Shown: positions 62,153-64,000 of the stretch, piece by piece
Position numbering within the stretch: position 1 is the first letter of the stretch
Layout: every line of letters starts with the position of its first letter
DNA from: the human T2T-CHM13v2.0 reference genome, Homo sapiens
DNA: 64,000 nt
Assembly (NCBI RefSeq): GCF_009914755.1
Contig: NC_060928.1
Direction: 5' to 3' (one strand)
Position numbers and translations under genes: made by a program
The notes under the pieces: model-generated
The model's input: the letters and a program-made list of their open reading frames with translations, nothing else
The model's database searches: none
What the model was told of the DNA's origin: nothing

Positions 62153-64000
62153 CATTCTCTCCATGCTTGTTTAGATTTACCCACATCTCTATCTGTGTCT
62201 TTGCCTGCTATTACTACTTACTCAATCCTTTCTCCCAGTTTTAGATTCCCCTTTTTTTGGATGAAATACAAATTGTACGTGTTCTTTTAGCAAGATTTTG
62301 AGGATGGCATATCCTTTCAATGTTTGTCTTTTAATTTTTGTGTCTCTTATCTCTGGACAATAGCTTTGCTGAGTATGAAAATCTAAGTTAAGAATATTTT
62401 GTCACAGTACATTTTAAAGATATTATTCCATCTACTGTGTTTGGGTTTCTAATGCTGTTATTGAGTTGTCTGGGCCCTCTTTACCATTAATTTGTAGGTA
62501 ATCTGTGAACACTCTTTCATTGCTTTTAAGGTGTTCTTTACTATGGTTTACTTTGTTTCACTGACGTAAGAAATGTCAGATTCAATTTTTCCCTATTTCA
62601 TCTCTCCTCTATCTCTCAATAAGTATTTTGTTCTCATTAATAATCACAGAGCTAGGAATTTAATAAGCATGTAATAAATATTTGACATTTTTCTATTAAT
62701 GTCATTTCAACTATCATGTAAGTATTATGTTATAACAAATTTCTCAAAAACAAGGAATTCATTTTTCATTTCTTTGGTATCACTTAAACAGAGCTTTGTA
62801 CTCAGTGAAAGTGCTTAATGAATGACGTTTTATTTTCCCTTACTTCTTCTTTGATCTAATTTTTTCAGATTCAATTGCAATTGATATTGAATAAATTTCT
62901 CCACACTCCTTTCCTTCCCTTCCTCTTGTTGCTGAAACAAGAAATTGAGACTAATGATAAAATAAAAGCAAAATCTTAGGGCTTATATTTGTAATTAGGG
63001 TTTAAGTAGAAACCATTGTTCCTCTTTAGTTTTCATTTCTATTATGTATATTCAACAAGATCAAAATATCTAAGTTGCAAAGCATCTCGAGTTAATCTAA
63101 AAGGCAAAGTTTATAAGATCCAGTCTTACAAAAACAGTTTTTCATTCCAAATAATTCTAGAATTCATCTCAGTTTTCTTTGATAGAACTGAATTATTCAA
63201 ACGATAGAAATATTTTAAGTAGAAACTTTTCTGCAACCAGCAAATGCACAAGATAATGCTAATATTTTTCTGTTGCATGACATTAAAACTTAAGTGAGCG
63301 GTATTGCATTATGATCTCACTGAGACAGAAATTGGGTAATCATCACTGCACTGAAGCACTACAGAAATAATCCACCTGGATAAATTTAGGGAGGATTAAA
63401 TGATTTATCAGAGATTATATGCAAAGCAAGGTGGTACATTTTTTATTACATTTTGATTTTTCAAGAAATTTTCAGAACATAGGTGTGATTTTTCTCACCT
63501 AATAAACACAATTTAAAATGGCATAAGGAAGTTAAATATTTTTCCTATTTTTCACATAAACTCTTCATATTGAATATAAATTATACAATTTTATTCTGCA
63601 CAAAATGGCCTGACTCCTCATGATTACAAAGATGAAAAGGCTTCATTCAATTGCATTCCTTCTCGGTAAGAAAGAAGTAAAATGTAAAAACTTTTTCATG
63701 AGGTCATTTTAGAAGAAGTTATCTGATACAGAACGAAGACAAAATAAACAGGAGCAATATTATACCTTGATAATTTTAAGATTCAGGGAAATGTACTGAA
63801 TTATCTAAAAATATTCTGATACAGCAAGGATGAGCTGAATAAGAGATGGCTTGTGTTTTAGAAACATCTCCCAGCAGGGAGCATCTAGCATTCTCATAAG
63901 ACAGCTCTCCACCTTCAGAGCTAGAAAGAATCTTGAAATCATCCCAACTTGTGGTTCTTGGACCCATGAGGAGCTGTGAAATTACCACAGGAGAGCCAAA

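Noticed and set aside
63776-64000. Minus-strand ORF near the window edge
   Set aside because: No recognisable protein similarity, and it cannot be evaluated without the adjacent sequence.

Overview
This is a gene-poor, AT-rich, repeat-dense stretch of a primate genome, human or ape: it carries AluY, an L1PA2/3-type 3' end, and THE1/MST/MLT LTRs. I see no intact protein-coding gene, RNA gene or CRISPR array. The only recognisable gene-derived sequence is a processed RAC1 pseudogene (23518-25618) with a twin-priming 5' inversion. Four observations stand out. (1) A TSD-flanked, polyadenylated 1.5 kb retrocopy (39544-41075) of a transcript made of antisense L1 sequence. It carries a tight cluster of seven same-strand A>G changes that looks like ADAR editing fixed in the genome. 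(2) A 52-bp piece of RAC1 3'UTR inserted inside a THE1 LTR about 3.5 kb from its match in the pseudogene. (3) A diverged ~280-bp direct duplication whose best-conserved block contains a splice donor. (4) Up to three twin-priming insertions within about 34 kb. Repeat subfamily calls and consensus comparisons are from memory, and boundaries of old repeats are approximate.
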